Shown in pieces: positions 1 to 8,012 of a stretch of 22,269 nt of DNA (positions are counted from its first letter, which is position 1; every line of letters begins with the position of its first letter). The position numbers and the translations under genes were made by a program. The DNA comes from Candidatus Bipolaricaulota bacterium. GTDB lineage: Bacteria; Bipolaricaulota; Bipolaricaulia; UBA7950; UBA9294. The DNA is taken from the NCBI GenBank assembly GCA_040752575.1, contig JBFMGK010000049.1, forward strand, positions 1 to 22,269, in the 5' to 3' direction. Under the pieces are notes generated by a model. The model was not told where the DNA came from and did not search any database. It saw nothing but the letters and a program-made list of their open reading frames with translations.

Positions 1-2
1 AC

Positions 3-494
3 GTCACCGACGCCGATGCGGGCGATACGATCGCGAGCTACAAGTGGAACTTCGGCGACGGCTCCACGTTGGAGACCGACGCGCCGACCGCCACGGCGAC
101 CCACAAGTACAACGCGCCGGGCGACTATACGGCCAGCGTGGTGGCGGTGGACAGCCGCGGCGGGGAGAGCGCCCCGAAGACGCTCCAGATCGCGGTGGCA
201 GGGCCCGAACGGATCGTGCTGTACGGGTTCCCCAACCCGGCGGCGACGCAGGCGACGTTTGAGAGTCTGCTGCCCGACGGTGCCACGGAGCCCGTGCTCA
301 CGGTCTACGCGCTCGACGGGAGACAGGTCTTCGAGGAAGAGCTCGCGCCGGGTGGCGGCGGCTTTGTGTGGAACCTGCGTGACACGGCGGGAGACCTGCT
401 GGGCAATGGGCTGTACTTCTGCGTGGTGACGGCGCGGAGCGCCACGGGCGGCAGGATCCGCTCCGAGGTCTTCCGCCTACTCATCTCGCGTTAG
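3..494 (+). CDS. 5'-partial secreted protein: PKD domain followed by a C-terminal T9SS type-A / FlgD-Ig-like sorting domain
   Basis: The frame of ORF 69..494 is open back to the window edge (VTDADAGDTIASYKWNFGDG...HKYNAPGDYTASVVAVD, a PKD signature). The last ~90 aa read LYGFPNP...LTVYALDGRQV...FVWNLRD..G..LGNGLYFCVV...FRLLISR, the pattern of Por secretion tails. Confidence 0.85.
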   Translation, partial: VTDADAGDTIASYKWNFGDGSTLETDAPTATATHKYNAPGDYTASVVAVDSRGGESAPKTLQIAVAGPERIVLYGFPNPAATQATFESLLPDGATEPVLTVYALDGRQVFEEELAPGGGGFVWNLRDTAGDLLGNGLYFCVVTARSATGGRIRSEVFRLLISR

Positions 495-507
495 GGAGGG
501 AGCGACA

Positions 508-1452
508 GTGAAACGACGATGGATGTTGCTGGGAGCGGCCCTCCTGCTGGCGGGAGGGGTCGCGGCGACCGGTGCGGAGAGCGCGATCACCGTGCTCGAC
601 GTCCCTCCGGGCGTGTCGAGGATCGGGTCCGGCGGCGCGGGGCTGAGCCTGGTGAGCGGCGCCGAGACGATCTACTACAACCCCGCCGGGCTGTCGGGAC
701 TCGCGGGGATCAGTTTCAGCTCGTTCTACTCCTCGTACTTGGGGGCCGCGAGCTACTCGGCGTTTGCGTTGGCGCTCAAGAACTTCGGCGTGGCGGCGAT
801 GCTACTCAACTCGGGGAGCATCGACGGATACGACGAGGACGGAAACGCGACAGCCGACATTTCGTTCTCGAACACGGCGTTCGTGTTCTCGTTCGGCATC
901 GATGCAGCGACGATCCCCTTTCTGAAGAGCCTGCCGCCAACCCTGTCGTTCGGCGCCGCGATCAAGGGGTTGACCGCCAAGGTGGGGGCCGATGCCGGGT
1001 CGGGTTTCACGCTCGATCTCGGGTTCCGCGGAGGACTTCCCGCGTTCGGAAGCTTCGTGACCGACGGAGCGTTCGCCGTGACGTTGGGAAGCATCTTCGG
1101 CGTTGTCTCCTATGACGACGTGGAAAACCGGTTCCCGATGGACCTCGCGGTCGGGGCATCGGCGCGGCTGCTCGGGAGCGTTGTCGTGGCGGCAGACCTG
1201 CACCTCGCGGGAGGGTCGCGACTCGGCGTGACGTACGAGCCGGTCCCGACGCTGGCCCTACGCGCCGGCCTGATGACCGACGGCGGATTGCAGATCACCG
1301 CGGGGGTTGGCCTCGACGTGCAAGGGTTCCTGATCGACTACGCGTTTGTGTCGCACAGCCTCGGCGGATCGCACCGCGTGGGGCTCACGCTCGACTTCTC
1401 GGCGCTCGACATCGGCGCGCTCGGTCAGTCCCTACGGCGGATCCTGCCGTAG
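508..1452 (+). CDS. PorV/PorQ-like (UPF0164, FadL-related) outer-membrane beta-barrel protein
   Basis: GGAGG RBS near 495-499 with GTG start; signal peptide; SRIGSGGAG...ETIYYNPAGL motif; alternating beta-strand pattern; C-terminal IDYAF...LGGSHRVGLTLDF. Confidence 0.75.
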   Translation: MKRRWMLLGAALLLAGGVAATGAESAITVLDVPPGVSRIGSGGAGLSLVSGAETIYYNPAGLSGLAGISFSSFYSSYLGAASYSAFALALKNFGVAAMLLNSGSIDGYDEDGNATADISFSNTAFVFSFGIDAATIPFLKSLPPTLSFGAAIKGLTAKVGADAGSGFTLDLGFRGGLPAFGSFVTDGAFAVTLGSIFGVVSYDDVENRFPMDLAVGASARLLGSVVVAADLHLAGGSRLGVTYEPVPTLALRAGLMTDGGLQITAGVGLDVQGFLIDYAFVSHSLGGSHRVGLTLDFSALDIGALGQSLRRILP

Positions 1453-1485
1453 GGCGTCGCGCTGCCGACGTCAAATGGATGCCTT

Positions 1486-1508
1486 CAGGGGGCGCCAGGC
1501 GCCCCCTG
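1486..1508. terminator. GC-rich hairpin between convergent genes, probable bidirectional terminator
   Basis: Perfect inverted repeat CAGGGGGCGCC-A-GGCGCCCCCTG between the stops at 1452 (+) and 1586 (-). The U-tracts are weak. Confidence 0.6.
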
Positions 1509-1585
1509 CTCTGTTGGGGAGTCCTGTGGGATCTGCGCTAGCGGGTCACGTTCGGCCGGGCACGTCGGGCTCGTGTCCGAGAAGT

Positions 1586-2809
1586 CTAGCGCGCGTTGAC
1601 CGCCCACTCCGCGGCAAGCGACTCGAAACGGTCCTCGGCGATCGCCTCGCGGATGTCGGCGAGGAGCCGTGCGAGGAATCGGAGGTTGTGGATCGTCGCC
1701 AGACGGTAGTAGGCCAGCTCGCCCGAGCGGCAGAGGTGCTGGAGGTAGCCGCGCGAGTGGGTCTGGCACGTCGGGCAGTCGCACGTTGGATCGATCGGTA
1801 AGCTGTCGGTGCGGAAGCGCGCGTTGCGCAGGTGGATCCGATGGCGCGGCTCCCCGCGTAGGAAGACGCTCCCGTTGCGTGCCATGCGGGTTGGGGCGGC
1901 GCAGTCGAAGGTGTCGACCCCGTGCGCGACGGCGGCGAAGAGGTCCTCGATTTCGCCGATGCCGAGCAGGTGGCGCGGTCTCGCGTTCGGGAGGGCCGGT
2001 ACCGTCCACTCGAGGACGTTGGCCATGTCTTCTTTGGACCGGCCGAGCGAGCCGCCGATGGCGTACCCGTCGAAGCCCATCGCCGCAATCTCCTTGGCGC
2101 TCTCACGGCGCAGCTCCTCGTACGCTCCTCCCTGTACGATCCCGTAGAGCGACTGGTCCGGGTTGGGGCGCGGGGACTCGTTCTTGCTGTGAAACGCGGC
2201 GAGGGCGCGGTGAGCCCAACGGTGGGTCCGCTCCATGGCGCGACGCGTGTACACGGGGTCGTGCAGCGGCGACGTGCACTCGTCGAGGGGCAGGACGATG
2301 TCGGCGCCGAGCTGCCGCTGGACGGCGATGACCGACTCGGGCGTGAAGACCAACTGCGCTCCGTCGACCACCGAGCGGAAGGTCGCCCCGCTCTCGGCGA
2401 GACGGACGAGCGGGCGGCCGTCCTTGCGCGCCGGGAGCGGCTCGGCGTCGCCGGGGAACATCGAGGCAACTTTGCCGACGCCGTGCTCTTTGCCGGCGCC
2501 GAGGCTGAACACCTGGAATCCCCCGGAGTCGGTCATCGTGGGGCCCGGCCAACCGGAGAACCCGGCGAGGCCGCCCAGTGCGGCCACAACGTCCTCGCCG
2601 GGGCGCAAGTGAAGGTGATACGTGTTGGCGATGAGAATCTCGATGCCCACGGCGGCGAGGGCGCCCGCCTCGACGCCCTTCACCGCGCCGCGCGTCGCGA
2701 CGGCGACGAAGGCCGGGGTGCGCGCGTCGCCGTGCGACGTGTGCAGCACGCCGGCGCGTGCGTCACCCCTCGACGAGCGGGCCGTCTCTCGAAACAGAGG
2801 TTGCGTCAC
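1586..2809 (-). CDS. tgt: tRNA-guanine(34) transglycosylase
   Basis: Motifs NTYHL, TDSGGFQ, LDEC, GIVQGG, AIGGSLG, HLLGIG, DTFDC..PTR, zinc site CDCPTC...HNL. Confidence 0.96.
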   Translation of the reverse strand: MTQPLFRETARSSRGDARAGVLHTSHGDARTPAFVAVATRGAVKGVEAGALAAVGIEILIANTYHLHLRPGEDVVAALGGLAGFSGWPGPTMTDSGGFQVFSLGAGKEHGVGKVASMFPGDAEPLPARKDGRPLVRLAESGATFRSVVDGAQLVFTPESVIAVQRQLGADIVLPLDECTSPLHDPVYTRRAMERTHRWAHRALAAFHSKNESPRPNPDQSLYGIVQGGAYEELRRESAKEIAAMGFDGYAIGGSLGRSKEDMANVLEWTVPALPNARPRHLLGIGEIEDLFAAVAHGVDTFDCAAPTRMARNGSVFLRGEPRHRIHLRNARFRTDSLPIDPTCDCPTCQTHSRGYLQHLCRSGELAYYRLATIHNLRFLARLLADIREAIAEDRFESLAAEWAVNAR

Positions 2810-2869
2810 GATGCCGCCCTCACCCGTAGGAAAGATGCGGCGACTGTACTCGATGACGGCGTGCGGCAG

Positions 2870-3922
2870 CTACTCGACGCCGAGCGCGCGATAGAGCGCG
2901 CGATAGTCGTTCGACGGCTCCCAGAACAGGTACCCGTCGGCGCCGTGATCTTTCGCAGCTCGAATCTGGGCGGCGATGTACGCCTCGAGCGTCATGCCAG
3001 AGGGTACGGCGAGGTCAAACGCCTGGAGGAACGGACGAATCGCCGTGGCCGTGCGTTTCCGGCCGGAGAGGAGGGCGTCCTTGACGACCAGGTACGGGCC
3101 GTCTTTGTACTTCTGCTCGGTGTAGTGCGATGGGTACACCATCGGCGAAACGACGTCGAGCCAGCGCCCCATGTCTTCGAGCGACTGGCCGATGGGATCC
3201 ATGCGTTTCGCGTTCCAGTCCCACATCACGCGGCCGAACAGGTCTGCCGAGAGCGTGATCTCGGCGCCGAGCGCCGCGTGGACCTTCGCGAGGAAGGCGT
3301 TGATTGCCTGGTAGCGCTGCTCGTACCCGGCGGCGAGGCCTCCCCCGTCGGCATAGCGGATGTAGTCGAACTGGATCTCATCAAAGCCAAGCGCGGCGAC
3401 CTCTTCGGCGACGGCAAGGTTATAGGCGACCGCGGTCGCGTGGTCCGCGGGAACCCAACCGTTGGCATAACCCAGGTGGCCTGCTAGAAGCGGGTCGTTG
3501 AACACGACCTGACGCGCGATCAGGTAGAACCCCTGCGCGCGCAGGATGGGAAGAATCCGCGCGAAGTCGAGCAAGCCCGTGGCCGCCCCAAGCGACCTGG
3601 CCAGGGGAACCTGGCTCGCGTAGCTGATGTGCCCGTGGTTGTCCTTGACGTTGATCACGAGGGTGTCAATCGCGCCAGCTTGGCGAGCCTTGAGAGCTCC
3701 CGTGAGGACATCCTCGCGCCGGGCACCGTAGGCCGTGAGGTAGATTCCGACGCGTCCGTGTGGCGAACGTGCGGCGACGGGCGCTGGCGTGACGATGGGG
3801 CACGGCGCGGCGGCGCGAGCCGCGGGACGCGTCTCCTCGCCTGCGTCGCGCGCGAGGAGGGGGACGAGGAGAAAGAACGCGGCCGTCACGAGGAGGCAAA
3901 GGATCCTGGTTGAGCTTCGCAT
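2870..3922 (-). CDS. Exported putative glycoside hydrolase (DUF4015-like TIM barrel)
   Basis: N-terminal hydrophobic segment; VINVKD..G, YLIARQVVFND, GFDEIQFDYIRY, IGQ, SPMVYPSHY, IRPFLQAF motifs. Confidence 0.8.
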   Translation of the reverse strand: MRSSTRILCLLVTAAFFLLVPLLARDAGEETRPAARAAAPCPIVTPAPVAARSPHGRVGIYLTAYGARREDVLTGALKARQAGAIDTLVINVKDNHGHISYASQVPLARSLGAATGLLDFARILPILRAQGFYLIARQVVFNDPLLAGHLGYANGWVPADHATAVAYNLAVAEEVAALGFDEIQFDYIRYADGGGLAAGYEQRYQAINAFLAKVHAALGAEITLSADLFGRVMWDWNAKRMDPIGQSLEDMGRWLDVVSPMVYPSHYTEQKYKDGPYLVVKDALLSGRKRTATAIRPFLQAFDLAVPSGMTLEAYIAAQIRAAKDHGADGYLFWEPSNDYRALYRALGVE

Positions 3923-3928
3923 GGCCAG

Positions 3929-3934
3929 ACTCTA
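3929..3934 (-). promoter_or_regulatory. Possible -10 element (TAGAGT) for a leaderless transcript of the DUF4015-like gene
   Basis: TAGAGT lies 6 nt upstream of the ATG at 3922; no Shine-Dalgarno is visible. Confidence 0.4.
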
Positions 3935-4092
3935 GACGTGTTACGCCGCGGCGGCGATGCGAGCGTTCCACACCCAGGGGACGTTGGGCACGTCGCCGTC
4001 GTCGTCCCGCTCCTCCCGACTTCACAGCGTCTTCACGCGCGCGCCACACGTCCGCCGGACGAAGCGGCGAGAATGTCGCGCGATGCGGAGTT

Positions 4093-4122
4093 TTGCCGCA
4101 TACCCGGGGTCTCCACTATACT
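4093..4122 (+). promoter_or_regulatory. sigma70-type promoter
   Basis: TTGCCG (4093-4098), N18, TATACT (4117-4122), about 60 nt before the ATG at 4182. Confidence 0.6.
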
Positions 4123-4181
4123 CCCGGCGTATCGCGAGCGGGATCCTGTCCCGCTTGTGGTGGTGGAAAGGAGCCTTTGTC

Positions 4182-6080
4182 ATGAAGCGAGTTCATCTCT
4201 TGCTGACGGTTGGTCTATTGGCCGTCGGCTTTTCGTGGGGCGTCTCGGCGGCGACGCGCGGGCCGATCGAGATCCTGGGCGACGCCGAGTTCACGCAGGC
4301 CAACGGCGTCGTGGGCGGGAGCGGCATCGAGGCGGATCCGTACTTGATCGCCGGGCACGAGATTGCCGCGGGCGTCGAAGATCCGTACGGCATCCGGATC
4401 GAGAACACGATGGCGTGGTTCGTCCTCCGCGGAGTCGTCGTCCAGGGAGCGACGGCTACCGGCGGAGCCGGAATACGAATCGCCAACGCCGAGAACGGGT
4501 CGCTCGAAACCTGCACGGTGTCTGGAGCGCTGAATGGAATAGAACTTCTCTCGTCGAGCGGCGTCCGGCTTCGCGACACGACGCTCTACGTGAACGGCAT
4601 GGGACTGCGCGTCACCGGCGACCGCGCCGAGCACTACGCCCACGACATCGATGCGACGAACACGATCAACGGACGCCAGATCCTCTACTACTACGGAATC
4701 GACGGGCAGACCGTGACCGCGACCACGTCGGGTCACCTCACGGTGGCCGGGAGCCGCGGCGTGACCGTGTCAGCCAACGACGTCGTCAACGGAGACGGCA
4801 TCGTGCTCGCGTTCGTCACCGACTCGACGATTACGGCGAACGAGGTCTACCGCACGTCACCCGTGCTCACGGAGCACGGGATCTTCCTCTACCGATCGAC
4901 GGGGAACCTTGTTGCCGAGAACTCCCTGCGCAACAACCGGTTGGCGGGCCTGCAGTTGACGCTGTCCTCCGGCAACCGGCTTCTCGGGAACGACCTCTTG
5001 GCGAACGACTCGGGCATCCGCCTCGTTGCGTCGGACCAGAATGTTCTTGACACCAACGTCCTGTACGCCAATGTCTCCGGCATGGTCCTGTCGGGAGGTT
5101 CGGACGAGAACGAGATCACGGGCAATATCCTTTACCACGAGAACACCAAGCAGGGGATCACGTTGGAGATGGCGAGGGCGAATGTGATCTCGAGGAACGG
5201 CCTCGCGAACTGCGAGGTTGCGGTGACCCTCGGGCCGGACGCGACCGAGAACGTTGTCTCCGAGAACACGATGGTGCGCGGCGCCTACGGTCTGTCCGTC
5301 TACGGTTCGTCTAACCGGATCGAGAGGAACCTCATCGCGCAACAGGCCCGTGGGCTCCTCTGCGTCGAGACGTTCGGGCGCACGACCACTCGTGGCAACC
5401 AGTTCATCGGGAACGTCTTCACGGACAACAACCACCACGCCTACCTGAACCTCGACTCGGAAGAGAACGCTTTTGGAGACAACGCGTTTCTCGGCGACGC
5501 TTCAGCGCGGATCGCGGACCAGGGGACCGGGAACTCGTGGACCCTCGACGGAAAGGGCAACTACTACGGCGACGCCGACGTGGTCGACGCGAACGGCGAC
5601 GGACGCAGCGAGATGCCGGTCACCGTGTACCCGTCGGGCGCGGTCGATGTCGCACCCCTGGCGCGATTCGAGCCCGTCGGTGCCGGGCTCGGGATCCTCT
5701 CCGGCGCCGGGTCGGTCGTCGCGACGCTCGCGAGAGGCGACGGGAGCGAGTTCGAGATGACGGTTGTTGTTGCCGATGACGGCGTCGAGCGTTGGGCGGG
5801 TTTCCGCGGCTTCCCGGCCGACTTCGCCGCGCGGTTCCCGGGCATCGTCTTCGTGTTCGACGACGCGTCGGAGCGCCTGTTCACGATGTCCACGGTGTTG
5901 TTCGACCTGGACATCGCGTTCTTCGATGCTGCCGGGAACTTCGTCAGCAGCGCCACGATGTCCGCCGATACCGCAGGCCCGTTTGCGGCGGCGGGGCCGT
6001 TCCAGGTTGCGCTGGAGCTTCCGAGCGGATCGCTGGAGACGTTGCGGATCGGCGAAGGCTCAAGGCTCATCCTTCCGTAG
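4182..6080 (+). CDS. Secreted NosD/CASH-type right-handed beta-helix protein with C-terminal DUF192 domain
   Basis: AAAGGAG RBS before ATG 4182, so the ORF track's 3957 start is probably too long. Signal peptide; many GI.L..S..N.I..N repeats; C-terminal VADD..ER..G, GIVFVF, FTM....FDLDIAFFD..G, ALELPSG. Confidence 0.85.
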   Translation: MKRVHLLLTVGLLAVGFSWGVSAATRGPIEILGDAEFTQANGVVGGSGIEADPYLIAGHEIAAGVEDPYGIRIENTMAWFVLRGVVVQGATATGGAGIRIANAENGSLETCTVSGALNGIELLSSSGVRLRDTTLYVNGMGLRVTGDRAEHYAHDIDATNTINGRQILYYYGIDGQTVTATTSGHLTVAGSRGVTVSANDVVNGDGIVLAFVTDSTITANEVYRTSPVLTEHGIFLYRSTGNLVAENSLRNNRLAGLQLTLSSGNRLLGNDLLANDSGIRLVASDQNVLDTNVLYANVSGMVLSGGSDENEITGNILYHENTKQGITLEMARANVISRNGLANCEVAVTLGPDATENVVSENTMVRGAYGLSVYGSSNRIERNLIAQQARGLLCVETFGRTTTRGNQFIGNVFTDNNHHAYLNLDSEENAFGDNAFLGDASARIADQGTGNSWTLDGKGNYYGDADVVDANGDGRSEMPVTVYPSGAVDVAPLARFEPVGAGLGILSGAGSVVATLARGDGSEFEMTVVVADDGVERWAGFRGFPADFAARFPGIVFVFDDASERLFTMSTVLFDLDIAFFDAAGNFVSSATMSADTAGPFAAAGPFQVALELPSGSLETLRIGEGSRLILP

Positions 6081-6081
6081 C

Positions 6082-6768
6082 ATGGCGTCGCCGACGAACG
6101 GGATCAAGGCCGTCGTCTTCGACCTCGACGGTACTCTGGTCCGCTACCACGGGATCGACTACGAGTCGAGCTGGGGAGCGGTCGCCGCTGCGGCTGGCGT
6201 GAGCGACCGCTCCCGGGCTCTGTTGTCCGAATACCTCTCCAGGCCGGAGGCTTATGCAGAGTGGGTCGCCCGCGACGCGGCCCTGCTGGCAGGTGTGGAC
6301 GTAGCGAGTGTCGAGCGCCTCGTCCTGCCGGCGCCGTATGCCGACGGCGTTCGGGAGGCCGTCGGAGAGCTCCGCGGCCGCTACCGTCTGGGCATTCTCT
6401 CCTCGGGCGTGGACCTGGTGGCGGACTGGGTCCGCCGCGACCTCAGACTGGACTTCGCGCTCTCGAATCGACTGCACGTGTGCGGCGGACGGTTCACGGG
6501 GACGGCCGAGACCTGCGTGAAGCTATGGGAGAAGGATGCGGCCCTGCGACGCGTTGCCGTACAGCAGGGGCTTCGCCTCGATCAGGTGTGTTTCGTCGGC
6601 GATAACGTGAACGACCTGCCCGTCCTGCGGATCGTCGCCCTTCCCGTGGCAGCCAATCCGAAGGATGAACAGGTCGCCGCCGCGGCGGCGTTCGTCATCC
6701 AGTCGTTCTGCGACCTGCCGCGGCTTCTGGCGGCGTGGCGCCCGGTCGGCTATTCCGGGTCCACGTAG
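6082..6768 (+). CDS. HAD-superfamily phosphatase (phosphoserine phosphatase SerB-like)
   Basis: Motif I VVFDLDGTL, motif II ILSSG, motif III K, motif IV VGDNVND. The ATG is 1 nt after the upstream stop. Confidence 0.85.
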   Translation: MASPTNGIKAVVFDLDGTLVRYHGIDYESSWGAVAAAAGVSDRSRALLSEYLSRPEAYAEWVARDAALLAGVDVASVERLVLPAPYADGVREAVGELRGRYRLGILSSGVDLVADWVRRDLRLDFALSNRLHVCGGRFTGTAETCVKLWEKDAALRRVAVQQGLRLDQVCFVGDNVNDLPVLRIVALPVAANPKDEQVAAAAAFVIQSFCDLPRLLAAWRPVGYSGST

Positions 6769-7298
6769 AAGAAGACCTCGTACACGAGCCGGTCGAGGAC
6801 CTCGCCCTTGAACTCGCGGCCCAGCGTGCGCCCGACGAACGAGGGAAGGTTCTGGCGAAGCGTCTCGGAGTAGTCGCAGGCAAGAACGGCATCTTCGCCG
6901 AGTGATGTGAGCGCCTGCTGCAGCAGACGGGCCCCGACGCGCCGAAGATCCTGGTGCGCCGGGTCGATGACGACGGCGGGCAGGAAATAGAGCTTGCCTT
7001 CGCGAACGCGCTGGGGATAGCGGGTCTCGAAGTACGCCGCGTTGACCCACGGAACCTTCGTCAGGACGTTCGTGAGGAGCGTCACGCCCACGAGTTCCGT
7101 TCCCGAGTAGACGAGGAACTTGGCGAAGTCTTCGTCCTGCAAGATCTCGTGGAAGCGGGACTCGGGATACGATCCGTGGTGGATCGGCGTCCTGGCGTTG
7201 AGACGTTCGAAGGCTCCACGGTAGATGGACCAGAGGCGGTTGCGCTCCTCGACGCTGCGCACGCACATCGTCTCTAGGACCCGAACCTCGTCGGCCAT
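6750..7298 (-). CDS. Hypothetical protein, probable GNAT-like fold
   Basis: GGAG RBS; follows upp on the same strand; LVGVTLLT and VVIDPAHQDLRRVGARLLQQAL resemble GNAT motif A. Confidence 0.65.
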   Translation of the reverse strand: MADEVRVLETMCVRSVEERNRLWSIYRGAFERLNARTPIHHGSYPESRFHEILQDEDFAKFLVYSGTELVGVTLLTNVLTKVPWVNAAYFETRYPQRVREGKLYFLPAVVIDPAHQDLRRVGARLLQQALTSLGEDAVLACDYSETLRQNLPSFVGRTLGREFKGEVLDRLVYEVFFYVDPE

Positions 7299-7329
7299 GT
7301 TGCACTCCTTTGCTGCCCGCGATGCGAGG

Positions 7330-7953
7330 TTACGTGCCGAAGATCCGATCTCCCGCGTCGCCCAATCCGGGCAGAATGTAGCCCTTGGCGTTCAGCTCGC
7401 GATCGAGCGCTGCGCTGTAGATCGGTACGTCGGGGTGAGCCTTGGAGAAGGCGGCAACGCCCTCGGGCGACGCGACAAGACAGAGGAACTGAAGGAGCTT
7501 CCCGCCCTTTCGCTTGATGAGCTCGGCTGCGGCGATCGCACTCCCACCCGTCGCCAACATGGGATCGACGAGGATGATGTGGGCGTCGCCGAGCTTCGGG
7601 GGAAGCTTGCAGTAGTACTCGACGGGTTGAAGAGTTTCCGTGTCGCGGTAGATGCCGACGTGCCCAACCCGCGCCATAGGAATCAGATCGAGAACGCCGC
7701 TGAGCATCCCCGTCCCGGCGCGGAGAATCGGGACGAGGATGACCCGCGCGTCGAGCACGCGGCCGGTCGTCCGCTCCAGCGGCGTCTCGAGTTCGACTTC
7801 GCGAAGCGGATAGTCGCGCGTGATCTCGTACACCATCAGCGTTGTAAGCTCGTCGAGGAGCCGTCGGAACGTTTCGTTGTCGGTGCGCGCATCGCGCATC
7901 CGCGTCAGTTTGCTCTGGATGAGCGGGTGATCGATGATGTGCAGATCGGCCAT
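7330..7953 (-). CDS. upp: Uracil phosphoribosyltransferase
   Basis: Start MADLHIIDHPLI with GAGGAGG RBS; VPILRAG, LVDPMLATGGS, YILPGLGDAGDRIFGT. Confidence 0.97.
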   Translation of the reverse strand: MADLHIIDHPLIQSKLTRMRDARTDNETFRRLLDELTTLMVYEITRDYPLREVELETPLERTTGRVLDARVILVPILRAGTGMLSGVLDLIPMARVGHVGIYRDTETLQPVEYYCKLPPKLGDAHIILVDPMLATGGSAIAAAELIKRKGGKLLQFLCLVASPEGVAAFSKAHPDVPIYSAALDRELNAKGYILPGLGDAGDRIFGT

Positions 7954-8012
7954 TGCCCTCCTCAGGTCCGGCGCAACCTTATCCAAGCGTCGACCCCTCC
8001 ACAACCGACTCG

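Noticed and set aside
3957..4181. N-terminal extensions in the ORF track (also the 5764, 8145, 9554, 16815 and 17518 starts)
   Set aside because: Downstream ATGs have SD sequences or stop-start coupling and give proper signal peptides or family N-termini; the extensions run through promoters or neighbouring genes.
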